A stretch of DNA of 64,000 bases, from the IMG/VR virus record IMGVR_UViG_3300022666_000111; one strand, 5' to 3'. Both the position numbers and the translations under genes were made by a program. This DNA is from a virus. Lineage: Duplodnaviria > Caudoviricetes. This document shows, piece by piece, positions 28,073 to 37,447 of this stretch (its first letter is position 1; each line of letters begins with the position of its first letter). The notes under the pieces are model-generated. The model did no database searches and was not told the DNA's origin. It saw only the letters and a list, made by a program, of their open reading frames with translations.

Positions 28073-28718
28073 GATGACTCTCCAATAGGTTGCGGACGTT
28101 CTTTCCAAGTGTGTCAGCCGCCTTTCTCAAGGCTTGGGCAACGGTATAGAGGGCTTCCAACCCCTCCTTAGAGTCCTTGTAAATGGCTGCAATCTCTGGA
28201 TCGGTTGCAACAAGCGTGGTGCCGTAGACGTACTCATCCAAGCGCGAGGCAAGCTCCATGACTTTATCGTTGCGCGGTGGCACCAATCCCATCTTCCGTT
28301 TGATGTAGTGGACCGTGTGGTAAGGTAGGCACATCTCTTGTGCGACCTCAGAGGGTGACTGTGTTTTGAGCAAGTCTTGAACCTTCGCCCGAACAGCATC
28401 GGTTAAGGGGGCACGCCTACCACCATTGAACATGGGATGCTGACCGTTTTCAAGAATGGTTACGGTGGGCGCTTTCGGAGCGTCATTACCACTCAACGAA
28501 GTCAGCTCTTGCTGTCTGAGGGAGATGTACTTGCGGATGCTGTCCCGCTGATAGGCACTCATTGGTTCCTTATGCTTACGAGCACGATCGATGAGGTCCG
28601 GCAGAGTTTTACGCTCCTTGAAAATCTGAGCCGATACATCCTCAAGCGATGTCTTTTCCGGAACCACTTGAAAAAGGCGGATAATGTCAAGGTCTTTCGG
28701 AGGCTTTGATGCTTTCAC
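27864..28718 (-). CDS. HTH-containing hypothetical protein
   Basis: SPSEVAQEMCLPYHTVHYI; 3' end overlaps the downstream gene. Confidence 0.45.
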   Translation of the reverse strand: MKASKPPKDLDIIRLFQVVPEKTSLEDVSAQIFKERKTLPDLIDRARKHKEPMSAYQRDSIRKYISLRQQELTSLSGNDAPKAPTVTILENGQHPMFNGGRRAPLTDAVRAKVQDLLKTQSPSEVAQEMCLPYHTVHYIKRKMGLVPPRNDKVMELASRLDEYVYGTTLVATDPEIAAIYKDSKEGLEALYTVAQALRKAADTLGKNVRNLLESHHGRSKEKDSHSRRVRSLSPERHAPEDQDAAPVRPDLRSKVPARSESAACSSHDGELQPGHCGSTHCLLP

Positions 28719-29638
28719 CGTGCTCCTCCTTGTCTACGGGCGGTTCGATTAGGGGGCAGGCCGCGACCCGCCCGTTGAGTTGACTCACAGATCTCGAAGT
28801 ACCAATCCGGGCGGATGATCCCTCGTAAGACACGGGCAGCCTCCTCACGATCCTCCTCCGAGGCGTCTACCCGTATGTAGGTGTCCACCGTAGCAAGCAG
28901 CGACTCGAGCTTGGCCGGGCGGACGTTGAAGCACATTTGCTGGCCCTGGCTTTCGGCGTGTTCAATCAAGCCGACGCGGGCAAGGCAGTTGAGCGTGGTG
29001 AGGACGTAGTTGTAGAAGAGCTTGCCGCCGTAAGGGCCGATCGTGAACTCCTCAGCGAACTTGAAGGCATTGACCAAGCCGGTCTTCGTGGCAACCTTCT
29101 GAATGACTTGGAGGGGTGACACGACCTCATGAGGCTTAGCCGCCCGCACCCGGTCGCCCTCTTGGATGTAGTAAACGCCCCGGTAGTGTGTCAGGTAGTT
29201 GTGAAGCGCGTCATACGCCTTGTTGTCCTCACCGTTTGCCTGCCAGGCGCCTAGATCCACCAGGACCCTGTGTATCTCTGGCGTAGTGAGCGCCTTGTCT
29301 TGAAGCAGCGATGTCAAGTAGGCCGTGACGCGCGGGATGTCCCAAATGCGACGAGCCGATCGGGAAGACTTTTGACTTGCATCCGAATGCGTAGTGACTG
29401 CGCTCTGTGGGACACTCGAGTCGAGAATCTCTCCCAGATCTTGTTCCGGAATGCTCAGGAGCACCGCAAGTTTGGGAACCGAGAGGCCCATCACCATAGC
29501 CTCTCGGACAACCCTCGCCAGTTGCAGACGCGCTGTAATCAGGCGTTGTTGAAGGGTTCGGGCTTCCTCATTGACGGCCGTCCACCCAGAGGACGCCTCC
29601 GCGAGGGCCAGGTACTCATCATGAGTCAAGGGTATCAT
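28715..29638 (-). CDS. putative multi-HTH DNA-binding protein
   Basis: GLSVPKLAVLL; LTTPEIHRVL; GGTGTAG upstream. Confidence 0.5.
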   Translation of the reverse strand: MIPLTHDEYLALAEASSGWTAVNEEARTLQQRLITARLQLARVVREAMVMGLSVPKLAVLLSIPEQDLGEILDSSVPQSAVTTHSDASQKSSRSARRIWDIPRVTAYLTSLLQDKALTTPEIHRVLVDLGAWQANGEDNKAYDALHNYLTHYRGVYYIQEGDRVRAAKPHEVVSPLQVIQKVATKTGLVNAFKFAEEFTIGPYGGKLFYNYVLTTLNCLARVGLIEHAESQGQQMCFNVRPAKLESLLATVDTYIRVDASEEDREEAARVLRGIIRPDWYFEICESTQRAGRGLPPNRTARRQGGAR

Positions 29639-29733
29639 GGTGAGCCCCTACACCGCAAGTGGTGGGAGGCTCAAAGAATATTTGGTTTTAAGAGCTGCGG
29701 GGTGTCGGAGGGGAGCGTTGGCAGTGTCGAGTG

Positions 29734-30690
29734 TCAGGAGTCTTTGTCAACGAGGGGGAGCTTCGACCACTCGTCAAGGGTGACGTCCTTGTACCAGGGG
29801 CGTTCATCGGTCATGATGATGCGGCGGGTAGCGCTGATGATCTCGCGCCAATCCTGCTCACCGTCACGACGCTCGGACCCAAAGACGCGGATCTTGCGTC
29901 CGGGCTTGTGAATGATGAATTGCGCCCAGTACTTGTGTTCAGGATCGTTTTCCACGGACATCCGAACGTAGGCGGTCTTGCCGTAGGACGTGTGGACGAA
30001 GACGTCAGCCGGGGCCTTCTGCGAGGCACGGTAGGGCTCCACCGTAGCGTTGATGGTGAAGGACGTCTTCGGATCCTGAACCTTGCGGCCAGACTCCGTC
30101 ACGATGACGAGGTACCGCTGGTCGTCGATGGTATAGGGGGCGACGGCCGCACGGCCTTTCCCTTGCTCCATAACACGGGGAAGGACCTCTTCGCGAGCGA
30201 ACTTGCAGAGCTGTTGAAGGTGTGAAGGCTCTCCTTTTGCCTCGTAGATGGCTTCACCCTCTTGCGCGAGGTCTCGCAAGAGGTCGCTGATGTCTGGATC
30301 AAGCGTCTCGACCGTCACGGGGGCGTCTTCGGGCTCGGGCTCAATGGCGGGCACCGGCGCCTCAAGGGTCGCCAAGGCGGCATGAGCTTGTTCAAGGGCC
30401 GGTACCGCTAGCTCCTTGAACATGGGGGCCGTCTTCCCGCTGTTGACCACGATCTCGCGGAACATGCTCTGCGCCTTACGGTATTGCGAACGAACGCGCT
30501 GATAGACCTTCGGCGCGTAGTTCATGCGCTGGCATGTATCTGCCAAGAGGTGATGCCATTGATCCGCTACGGACTGCATCCCCAAGTGGTGGTTTGTGAC
30601 CAACGCGGCCACAAGAAGACGAATGACGACAGACTCTGATCCAAATTGAGTACGTTCCATAACTTCACCGTAGGTCCACACGTTCATCAA
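29734..30690 (-). CDS. hypothetical protein
   Basis: 318-aa ORF; start uncertain. Confidence 0.55.
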   Translation of the reverse strand: MMNVWTYGEVMERTQFGSESVVIRLLVAALVTNHHLGMQSVADQWHHLLADTCQRMNYAPKVYQRVRSQYRKAQSMFREIVVNSGKTAPMFKELAVPALEQAHAALATLEAPVPAIEPEPEDAPVTVETLDPDISDLLRDLAQEGEAIYEAKGEPSHLQQLCKFAREEVLPRVMEQGKGRAAVAPYTIDDQRYLVIVTESGRKVQDPKTSFTINATVEPYRASQKAPADVFVHTSYGKTAYVRMSVENDPEHKYWAQFIIHKPGRKIRVFGSERRDGEQDWREIISATRRIIMTDERPWYKDVTLDEWSKLPLVDKDS

Positions 30691-30726
30691 GGACGGGAGG
30701 GCGGACGTTCACCCGTCAGAACGTAC

Positions 30727-31149
30727 CTACACCGGGTCGTCGTCGGAATCCTCAATAAGGTGGTCAAAGACGGTTTTTGACTGCTTCTTAGGCTTGAAGG
30801 GTCTGATAGGGGGCAGCTCTAGCAGGAGGTGGTCAAAAAGGGTGACTTCCTGTGGCGGGGGCTCCTGGTACGTATTCTGAACCGTGGCGTTTGGGGTCTC
30901 CACCACGATCACGTTTGACTCACCGTCCATAGGAGGGTAACGGCTTGGGAGGTGGTGGAGCGCCCGGTTACGTGGCTGGGTCTTGTCCGATACCAAGGTC
31001 ACCTCCACCGACCATCCTGGGGAATCCGCGTCTTCGGTTACGTTGACGCTCACGACGAAGGGGTCCCGGCTGAGCCCTCTGGCGTGTAGCTGAAAAGCTT
31101 CTCGCGCCTCAAACGGATAATACATGCGCCAGGTGACTTGCGAGGGCAT
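30727..31149 (-). CDS. hypothetical protein with duplicated acidic tag
   Basis: TLFDHLL and TVFDHLIEDSDDD. Confidence 0.6.
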   Translation of the reverse strand: MPSQVTWRMYYPFEAREAFQLHARGLSRDPFVVSVNVTEDADSPGWSVEVTLVSDKTQPRNRALHHLPSRYPPMDGESNVIVVETPNATVQNTYQEPPPQEVTLFDHLLLELPPIRPFKPKKQSKTVFDHLIEDSDDDPV

Positions 31150-31157
31150 GCCCGATG

Positions 31158-31174
31158 CTACACCATCGGTGTAG
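31158..31174. promoter_or_regulatory. bidirectional promoter CTACACC-N3-GGTGTAG
   Basis: 8 nt to the divergent ATG on each side (31149 and 31183). Confidence 0.7.
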
Positions 31175-31182
31175 GTGCATCC

Positions 31183-31848
31183 ATGGCTTTTCGTTCAGAT
31201 CCTGTGAACTTGCTCTATTACGAAAACCTCGCACACCGTCCTCCAACGGAGATGGTCTATGCGGTGGACACGGCGTCGGCAACGATCTACACACAGAACG
31301 TCGGTGCGAACGTGCGAACCGTGGAGCGATCAAGGCTAAGAGTCCCGGTCTTCTCCTTTCAAAGGCCCTCCGACCTCAACAACATAGCGGTCAGCGTCAT
31401 CACGGCGGCGGCGCAGGAGTCGGCCAACACAACACGTCCGCCTATCTATGCCGGGGAGAGCCCCCTTGAGGTCTTGTACGAGGCGAGGAGGGTGCTGGAG
31501 TCTGAGAACGTCCCATTCCACGCGATCCTCCTACATCCAAGCTACCTCCGATTCGTAGACGGCCTTGATGACGACATCCCCTGCTACGTCCATGACGACG
31601 CACCAGCGGGGGCGGTCCTCTACCTCCCGGACCCTGCCTACCTTGGTGTCGTTTCGGTTTTCGAGAATGTGGCAGCCATACACGTCCGGGGGCCGATCGC
31701 GACGATCCTCACGGACCCATCAAGCCGATTCCGGAACATTCGGCATCCGATGGTCATCCCGACACAGGTTAAGCCCAAGGCGCCTGTGCCATCCGATCCG
31801 CAGTACCGTGACGTTTGGAGGCACCTTGAGGACGACGACCTCTTCTAG
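31183..31848 (+). CDS. possible degenerate HK97-fold capsid/encapsulin-like protein with acidic tag
   Basis: RVPVF; AILLHP; VHDDAPAGAVLYLPDPAYLG; ends WRHLEDDDLF. Confidence 0.45.
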   Translation: MAFRSDPVNLLYYENLAHRPPTEMVYAVDTASATIYTQNVGANVRTVERSRLRVPVFSFQRPSDLNNIAVSVITAAAQESANTTRPPIYAGESPLEVLYEARRVLESENVPFHAILLHPSYLRFVDGLDDDIPCYVHDDAPAGAVLYLPDPAYLGVVSVFENVAAIHVRGPIATILTDPSSRFRNIRHPMVIPTQVKPKAPVPSDPQYRDVWRHLEDDDLF

Positions 31849-32081
31849 ACGGCCCGAACGGTGCCGATCAGCTTCGGCTCCCCGTGAACCAAACCAAGAA
31901 AGAACCTAGCGGCGTCACTTGCGAGCCCTTCGGTCACAGAGGCTCGGTCGCAAGTCACACGGTAGCCAATGACGCCGTCGTTCAAGAAGAACGGGCCAAC
32001 GATCACAGGCTGATCCGACCCGCTCTTGCCGAAGTACACGTTGCCCTCGAGCAAGCCTTCTCGAAGATCTTCGTAGGTCAT
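31845..32081 (-). CDS. hypothetical protein
   Basis: GGAGG RBS. Confidence 0.5.
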   Translation of the reverse strand: MTYEDLREGLLEGNVYFGKSGSDQPVIVGPFFLNDGVIGYRVTCDRASVTEGLASDAARFFLGLVHGEPKLIGTVRAV

Positions 32082-32083
32082 AA

Positions 32084-32857
32084 CTAGCCTCCAGGGTTCA
32101 GGCTGCACCAACAAGGCTCGGTCGCCGGGGTGATGAGCCTCTTGATCCACACGAGTAGCTCATCACGGTTGGAGAATTGGGGAAAGAAGCGTGCTCGGCT
32201 ATCATCCCCATCCATAGCAGGTATCGGGCAGGAGTCACAGCAAGACCAAAGAGGAACGTCCTCCACACCATCGGTGCCGTAGCCCCTAGCTGTGGCTTCC
32301 GTTGGTCGAAAACGCCAGGTGCTAGTATCGGCCCGACCCTCATCAATATCGGGGTACTCACAAGTCCTGCTGGACACTTGTTTCACGCCAACAATCCGGC
32401 ATCCCTCACCATGCACTACCACGAGGTTCGTGGGCCAGCGACCTGTGGGGACGGGGATGAGCCCCTCGGCGTAGTACTTTCGGATGGCGGTGTGTTGTAG
32501 GAAGGCGGTCGTGCTCTCACCCGTGCCTCCGGCGCCGAGGCGGTTCCACTCCTCTTGGGTGGGCTTCTCGTCTCCCCAAGAGACCCGGCAAGCCTCAATG
32601 TTGATCCCACCCGCTGCGAACTTGAGGGTGTTCTCCGCAACGGTCGGGGCATCAAGTGTGTTGCGCAAGAGGAAGGCCATTTGCACCTGGTCCGCCGTGT
32701 AGACCAGCATGGTGTCCCGAAGGGTGAGGCCGAACTTCCTCGCCTCAAGGGCCGCCCACGTGCTTGACGCGAAGACCACAAGGTGCGCCCCGGGCACAAG
32801 GTTCTGAACAGCCTCTCCGAGCCGTTCAACGCAAGTTATAGCTGAGCTGTATTTCAT
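32084..32857 (-). CDS. DNA methyltransferase-derived protein lacking catalytic motifs (paralog 3)
   Basis: PGAHL, GGINIEACRV, GRWPTNL, ARFFPQF, LITP; no DPPY or FxGxG. Confidence 0.65.
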   Translation of the reverse strand: MKYSSAITCVERLGEAVQNLVPGAHLVVFASSTWAALEARKFGLTLRDTMLVYTADQVQMAFLLRNTLDAPTVAENTLKFAAGGINIEACRVSWGDEKPTQEEWNRLGAGGTGESTTAFLQHTAIRKYYAEGLIPVPTGRWPTNLVVVHGEGCRIVGVKQVSSRTCEYPDIDEGRADTSTWRFRPTEATARGYGTDGVEDVPLWSCCDSCPIPAMDGDDSRARFFPQFSNRDELLVWIKRLITPATEPCWCSLNPGG

Positions 32858-33672
32858 AGGGCGCAGAAGACGGTACCACCGTCCGGGGGTGTAAGGAGGT
32901 TTGTAAACCAGGCGATGAGCGCCTTCTCGTTCGCGAATTGAGGGTAGTACCGACTAGCACCGCCGACGTCACCATACGGCTGACTGACGGATACTGTGGC
33001 GGCAGCGCTGAAGGTTGAGGGTTTGTCGCGAACCGTGGGGGCTGTAGGGCTCCGGGTGATGCCGCTTTGGTCATCAAGGGCGTGTAGGGGGCAATCAGGA
33101 GCACACTCCCACACAGGGACCTCTTCCGTCCCGCCACCCGTTGACGTGTAGGCCCCACTCCCCTCAACGCAGAAGCGTAGGCCGTCATAGCGGTTGATCT
33201 GGGGCGCAGGGGCCGACGTCGCGCCGATAATCCGGCAGCTAGGGCTGTGGATGAAGGCAAGGTTGGCAGGCCAACGACCGATCGTGTTTTGCTTCTCCTC
33301 GGGGTTGAGGTGGGAGCGGTCAACCGTGTGGAAGATCTTGTCTTGTTCCCCCGGCATGCTCCCGGGCTTGCCTGCCTCGCGGTCAGCTTCGCTTTGCCAG
33401 CGGACCCGGCAGGCGTCTATATGGAGGCCGCCAACTCCGTGTTGGAGCGCGTTGGCGGCCAACGTCGGGGCGTCCAAGGGCGCCCGTAGGAGATGCGCGC
33501 AGCGGCATCTCCCGGGCTCAATGATCATGAGGGAATCTCGAAGGATCCACCCTTGAAGATAGCGGTAGCTTGAGAAAGCCCGAGCGTCTTGAACGAGGAC
33601 GATGACATGCGCCCCAGGGAGAACCGGCTCCGGGAGCACTGCGCTTGCGTGTAAGATAGCGCCTGCCAGCAT
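32854..33672 (-). CDS. DNA methyltransferase-derived protein lacking catalytic motifs (paralog 2)
   Basis: PGAHV, GGLHIDACRV, GRWPANL, ASRYYPQF, LLTPPDGGTV then stop. Confidence 0.65.
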   Translation of the reverse strand: MLAGAILHASAVLPEPVLPGAHVIVLVQDARAFSSYRYLQGWILRDSLMIIEPGRCRCAHLLRAPLDAPTLAANALQHGVGGLHIDACRVRWQSEADREAGKPGSMPGEQDKIFHTVDRSHLNPEEKQNTIGRWPANLAFIHSPSCRIIGATSAPAPQINRYDGLRFCVEGSGAYTSTGGGTEEVPVWECAPDCPLHALDDQSGITRSPTAPTVRDKPSTFSAAATVSVSQPYGDVGGASRYYPQFANEKALIAWFTNLLTPPDGGTVFCAL

Positions 33673-34382
33673 TATTGCACCACGTAGGGGTCGCCAAGAA
33701 GCGCCTTGAGCCATTCCAACAGGTCGTCCATGCCTTTGAATTGGGGGTAGAACCTGGCTGCTTGCAGCTTGGCTTGCTTGTCGACCTCGATCGCGGGGCA
33801 TCCGTCCATGCAGACCCAGCTATCCATCTCCTCCCAGCCGTCTTGTCCGTGGTGGACCGTTGACCGCACCGACCAACCTAGTTCATAGGTTTGCTTGTAC
33901 TTGTCCTTAATGTCCACCCCGGCCTTGGGGGGAGCGCTCACCTTGAGCTTCACCTTGCCCTCAAGGAGACACTCGGGACGGTGGATGAGCATGAGGTTCG
34001 TGGGCCAACGCCCGATCGCCAACGTTGGTTGTGGGTCGCTATCCCACCCTCCGCTGTAGGCGTTCTCAGGAGACCCACAGGGCTGGTTGATGCGGATATC
34101 GTCACCGACGTGGCAAGCTGCGAGGTGGATCCCCCCGACGCCGTGCTTGAGAACGTTGGAGGCAACGGTATCTCCGTCGAAGGGGGCGCGGAAGAGGAAG
34201 AGCGTGAGGGTTGAATCCGGCGTCATGACCGTGAGGCCATCACGCATGACGAGGCCCTGTCGGCGGGCCATCATGGAATCGTAGAGTGTTCCAAGAAGGG
34301 CGACGTGCGCCCCTGGGCGGACTTCCTTGATAACGCTCTCCCAGCCGGGTTGGGGGCGAAGGATGATGGCTGATTGATGCAT
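33672..34382 (-). CDS. DNA methyltransferase-derived protein lacking catalytic motifs (paralog 1)
   Basis: PGAHV, TVASNVLKHGVGGIHLAAC, GRWPTNL, AARFYPQF. Confidence 0.65.
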   Translation of the reverse strand: MHQSAIILRPQPGWESVIKEVRPGAHVALLGTLYDSMMARRQGLVMRDGLTVMTPDSTLTLFLFRAPFDGDTVASNVLKHGVGGIHLAACHVGDDIRINQPCGSPENAYSGGWDSDPQPTLAIGRWPTNLMLIHRPECLLEGKVKLKVSAPPKAGVDIKDKYKQTYELGWSVRSTVHHGQDGWEEMDSWVCMDGCPAIEVDKQAKLQAARFYPQFKGMDDLLEWLKALLGDPYVVQ

Positions 34383-34440
34383 GCTTGGCATTCTACACCG
34401 GAATTCGTTGATGAGGTTCTTCCTTTTGCATACGTAGAGC

Positions 34441-34647
34441 ATGACGATCGAGGGGTACGTTCCGATGTCAACCGAAGAGCGAGACGCGGCAATGGCGCTC
34501 GCACCATCCCGCCCCGCTGCCAAACGGTGGCTTGAAGCCCACAAGGGACACGAGACGCGGATTGCGAGGGTTGAGAACTACCTCAACCGAGGGGTCTACG
34601 TCACGTTTCGGTGCTCTTGCGGATCTACCGAGGACGTCTTGGTTTAG
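34441..34647 (+). CDS. small hypothetical protein
   Basis: HKGH...CSCG. Confidence 0.45.
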   Translation: MTIEGYVPMSTEERDAAMALAPSRPAAKRWLEAHKGHETRIARVENYLNRGVYVTFRCSCGSTEDVLV

Positions 34648-35354
34648 AAGAGGTCCTCGTCCAAGAGGCGATCGAAATAATCCGTGAGGGGTTCCGGCGT
34701 CACTTCAAAGAGGACCCATTCCGCGAAGAACCGCTCATGGTTGAGCTGGATCGCGCTGGAATCGGCTGCAAGAGGGTCATCGTAGGTGACCGTGATGAGG
34801 GGATTCGTAGGGCTATGTAGTATGCCTTCGATGACGCCGGTCAAGCCACCGTTGATTTGACGGACGTGAGCGCCCCCTTGAACCCAGGAGGGTAGCTGCA
34901 TGTTTGGAATCGGGGGTCCAAACATGTTCTCCGCGCCGTTGGGCAAGGTGTCAACGAGAAACGTGTGGCGTCCAACCCCACTGTAGTCGATGTTTCGCCG
35001 AAGCGGTTGGATCACACTGCTGGCGAGGCTCCGTTGGATTTGGACGGCGCCTAGCTGTAGGATGGCCTCCATGGCGCTACGGATGGTGGTCCCTGGGTCA
35101 GGGAGAGGCCGTGGCGGCGCGGGCTCACGGTATTGTAGGCGCTCGATGGCGTTGATCACGTCGCTTCCAAGAAGCGTGTCGAGGGGCTCGGTGTTGTAGC
35201 CGATTTGACGTTGAACCTCAACGCGGAGGTTCAAGCCCACGGGGCTAAGCGTGACGCTGGCGATACCTGGGCGGGCGCGGAGCTGGGCTATAAGCTCCCG
35301 CACGGCTATGCGGGAATCCACGTTGTCGTAGACGAAGACCCAGAAGAGCGGCAT
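34644..35354 (-). CDS. capsid-fragment / SH3-like / acidic-tag protein
   Basis: LASSVIQPLRRNIDYSGVGRHTFLVDTLPNGA; ends YFDRLLDEDLF. Confidence 0.55.
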   Translation of the reverse strand: MPLFWVFVYDNVDSRIAVRELIAQLRARPGIASVTLSPVGLNLRVEVQRQIGYNTEPLDTLLGSDVINAIERLQYREPAPPRPLPDPGTTIRSAMEAILQLGAVQIQRSLASSVIQPLRRNIDYSGVGRHTFLVDTLPNGAENMFGPPIPNMQLPSWVQGGAHVRQINGGLTGVIEGILHSPTNPLITVTYDDPLAADSSAIQLNHERFFAEWVLFEVTPEPLTDYFDRLLDEDLF

Positions 35355-35653
35355 CAGGCTTGTCCGACGACTTGCTTGTTTCCGAAGATTCGGTCCCAGC
35401 CGTCACGATAGGCGGGGGTTGCTACGCGCACGGGGCCTTGGTGCTCGACCTTCGTGTAGCGGTAGCGATTGCCTTCGATCTGCTCAACCAAGAAGGAGTC
35501 CTCGGGAAGGGATTCCCCATCCGCCACCTTTCGAATGATACCAGCCTCGATCTGGTGATCCTCTGTGTGACGGACGGCGAGGCGTTGGCCCTCCCCGACC
35601 TCCGGACCGATCACGATCTCATTCCCGCAGTCGCATTTCTTCTCGTCGCCCAT
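35354..35653 (-). CDS. hypothetical protein
   Basis: TPAYRDGWDRIFG; GGTGTAG 8 nt upstream. Confidence 0.6.
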   Translation of the reverse strand: MGDEKKCDCGNEIVIGPEVGEGQRLAVRHTEDHQIEAGIIRKVADGESLPEDSFLVEQIEGNRYRYTKVEHQGPVRVATPAYRDGWDRIFGNKQVVGQA

Positions 35654-35661
35654 GTTGACCT

Positions 35662-36012
35662 CTACACCAGCGGATTGTCCTTTGGAGGGGGCATCACTGG
35701 CAGATATACCGCAAGGATACGGGTCTGTCCTGTTCGAAGACATTTGACCACCCGGTGGACCCCATCGGCGATACACCCGTCGGGGGTGAGAATGATGGGG
35801 TAGCTCAGGTCTGCGCGCTCAACGCGATCGGCGTGCTCCATGATCTCGTTGATGGTCATAGGCCCGGCTGACCAGCAATGGCTGTCCAAGAGCTTATCGA
35901 CGTCCGTGATGAGGCAAAGGGCTACCTCCACGGGCTTGAGGAGGGCGGCCATCCGCCAAAGGTCGGCGACGTCCCAGGAGTAGGTCCCGTCCGAATAGGT
36001 CTGGTCAGCCAT
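35662..36012 (-). CDS. ParB/Srx-like small protein
   Basis: ADLSYPIIL...IADGVHRV.K. Confidence 0.65.
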   Translation of the reverse strand: MADQTYSDGTYSWDVADLWRMAALLKPVEVALCLITDVDKLLDSHCWSAGPMTINEIMEHADRVERADLSYPIILTPDGCIADGVHRVVKCLRTGQTRILAVYLPVMPPPKDNPLV

Positions 36013-36437
36013 CAGAGCCACCTCAAGGCGGCAGCGTTGCAGATCAGGTGCATCGTGTTGTCCACGATGATCATGAGCCATACGGTGAGCCAGACCGGGC
36101 GTTCCGGGCTGTACCCGGTAGCCTTACAATCCGCCCAGGCATAGTTCCGCCGTGCGGGTTGCCCTTCCGGCTGGATCCACTTGGGCGCCAAGAAGTTATT
36201 GACCCAGGAAACGTACGTCGCGAGCTTGTAGTGATCAATCACGAAATGCGTCACGAAGATGAAGGCCAGAGCGGCTGGGCTCCGTGTGAGCGCAAAGAAG
36301 GGGAGCGTGTAGAAGAAGGCGTGGATGAGCGCCACGCTCTTGCGGTTGTACTTGTTGGCGGCCATCCAATCGGATTGAAGGCAGTAGTCACCGACCAGGT
36401 GACACAGGAGTTGGTCAAAGGTGCCAAATGGGTTCAT
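36012..36437 (-). CDS. DUF3307 membrane protein
   Basis: HLVGDY.LQSDWMA..K; THFVIDH; DNTMH. Confidence 0.8.
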   Translation of the reverse strand: MNPFGTFDQLLCHLVGDYCLQSDWMAANKYNRKSVALIHAFFYTLPFFALTRSPAALAFIFVTHFVIDHYKLATYVSWVNNFLAPKWIQPEGQPARRNYAWADCKATGYSPERPVWLTVWLMIIVDNTMHLICNAAALRWL

Positions 36438-36453
36438 GCCCCGATCTACACCG

Positions 36454-36789
36454 CTAGTTGCTCTTGTCCCGGAGCGCCTTTGAGAGCATCTGGTGGATCT
36501 CGCGATTGCGCTGGTCGTACTCCGCCTCAATGAGCTTCCCGCGCGTGTACTCATACGCGGCGAGCTTCTTGTAGAAGTTGACCTCGTCGACGTAGGTCTC
36601 CTTGATCTTCTCGTGGTGCTTCTTATGGATCTCGAGGCTAGCTTCGGCGATCCGGCGTTTGGTATCGACGATGATGTACTTGCCCCAGAGGATGCAGCCG
36701 ATGAGGGACCCCCCGCAGAGCATCCCGACGAAGAGGAGAAAGAGCTGCACGACTTGCGGGGTGTTGTGAATCTGCTCGCCGAGGGTCAT
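36454..36789 (-). CDS. membrane-anchored hypothetical protein
   Basis: One TM helix; AGGAG RBS. Confidence 0.55.
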   Translation of the reverse strand: MTLGEQIHNTPQVVQLFLLFVGMLCGGSLIGCILWGKYIIVDTKRRIAEASLEIHKKHHEKIKETYVDEVNFYKKLAAYEYTRGKLIEAEYDQRNREIHQMLSKALRDKSN

Positions 36790-36844
36790 AAGGGCTCCTT
36801 GATTTACCTTGGTGGTCCTACACCAGGAGGTGTAGAGGAGACCC

Positions 36845-37189
36845 ATGACAGACAAAGCGATGCTCACGGCTCTTTTGACTTGCGGCAAGCTATCCGAAGA
36901 GGAGGAATCCGCCTTTCGAAGCATGCTGTCACAAATCGACAACGCGAAACAGGTGAAGACGTTATCGTCACGGCAGCGGCAATGGGCAGAATCCGTTTAC
37001 GCCAAGCTCGGCCTCATGGACGAAGAGGGCTCGGCCAATCTCATCTCGAGCGGCAAATACGTGCCGACCGCCGCCGAGATGGTCAAGAGGTATCCATGGG
37101 AGCTGAAGCGCGGCCCACGCAAGCCTCCTGGACGCAAATGCCCGGAGGGGACCGGCGCCTGTAAATGCTGCGAGACTTGTAGGATGTAG
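36845..37189 (+). CDS. hypothetical protein
   Basis: GGTGTAG 9 nt upstream; LSSRQRQWA. Confidence 0.55.
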   Translation: MTDKAMLTALLTCGKLSEEEESAFRSMLSQIDNAKQVKTLSSRQRQWAESVYAKLGLMDEEGSANLISSGKYVPTAAEMVKRYPWELKRGPRKPPGRKCPEGTGACKCCETCRM

Positions 37190-37193
37190 CGCC

Positions 37194-37430
37194 GTGGCCC
37201 GGCGTAAGCAGTGCTGGGGACCGGGAAAAGACCAGCACGTCAAGGGATGCCGACCGGGGCGTCCGTTATGCCGGTGGATGAGGCAGAAGAAGGCCAATCA
37301 GCAGAAATGCACTTGCGGGGCCTATCACTACCCCCACCGGAGAGGCAGCGGTCTTTGCGGCAGCCCTGAGAAGATGTGGGAGCTTTGTTACGGTCCGGCT
37401 CCCCAAGAAGAGGACGAGGTCCCGTTCTAA
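37194..37430 (+). CDS. small Zn-binding protein with SSB-like tail
   Basis: CTCGAYHYPHR.GS..C; ends EEDEVPF. Confidence 0.55.
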   Translation: MARRKQCWGPGKDQHVKGCRPGRPLCRWMRQKKANQQKCTCGAYHYPHRRGSGLCGSPEKMWELCYGPAPQEEDEVPF

Positions 37431-37447
37431 TCCTCTTGTGAAACGGC

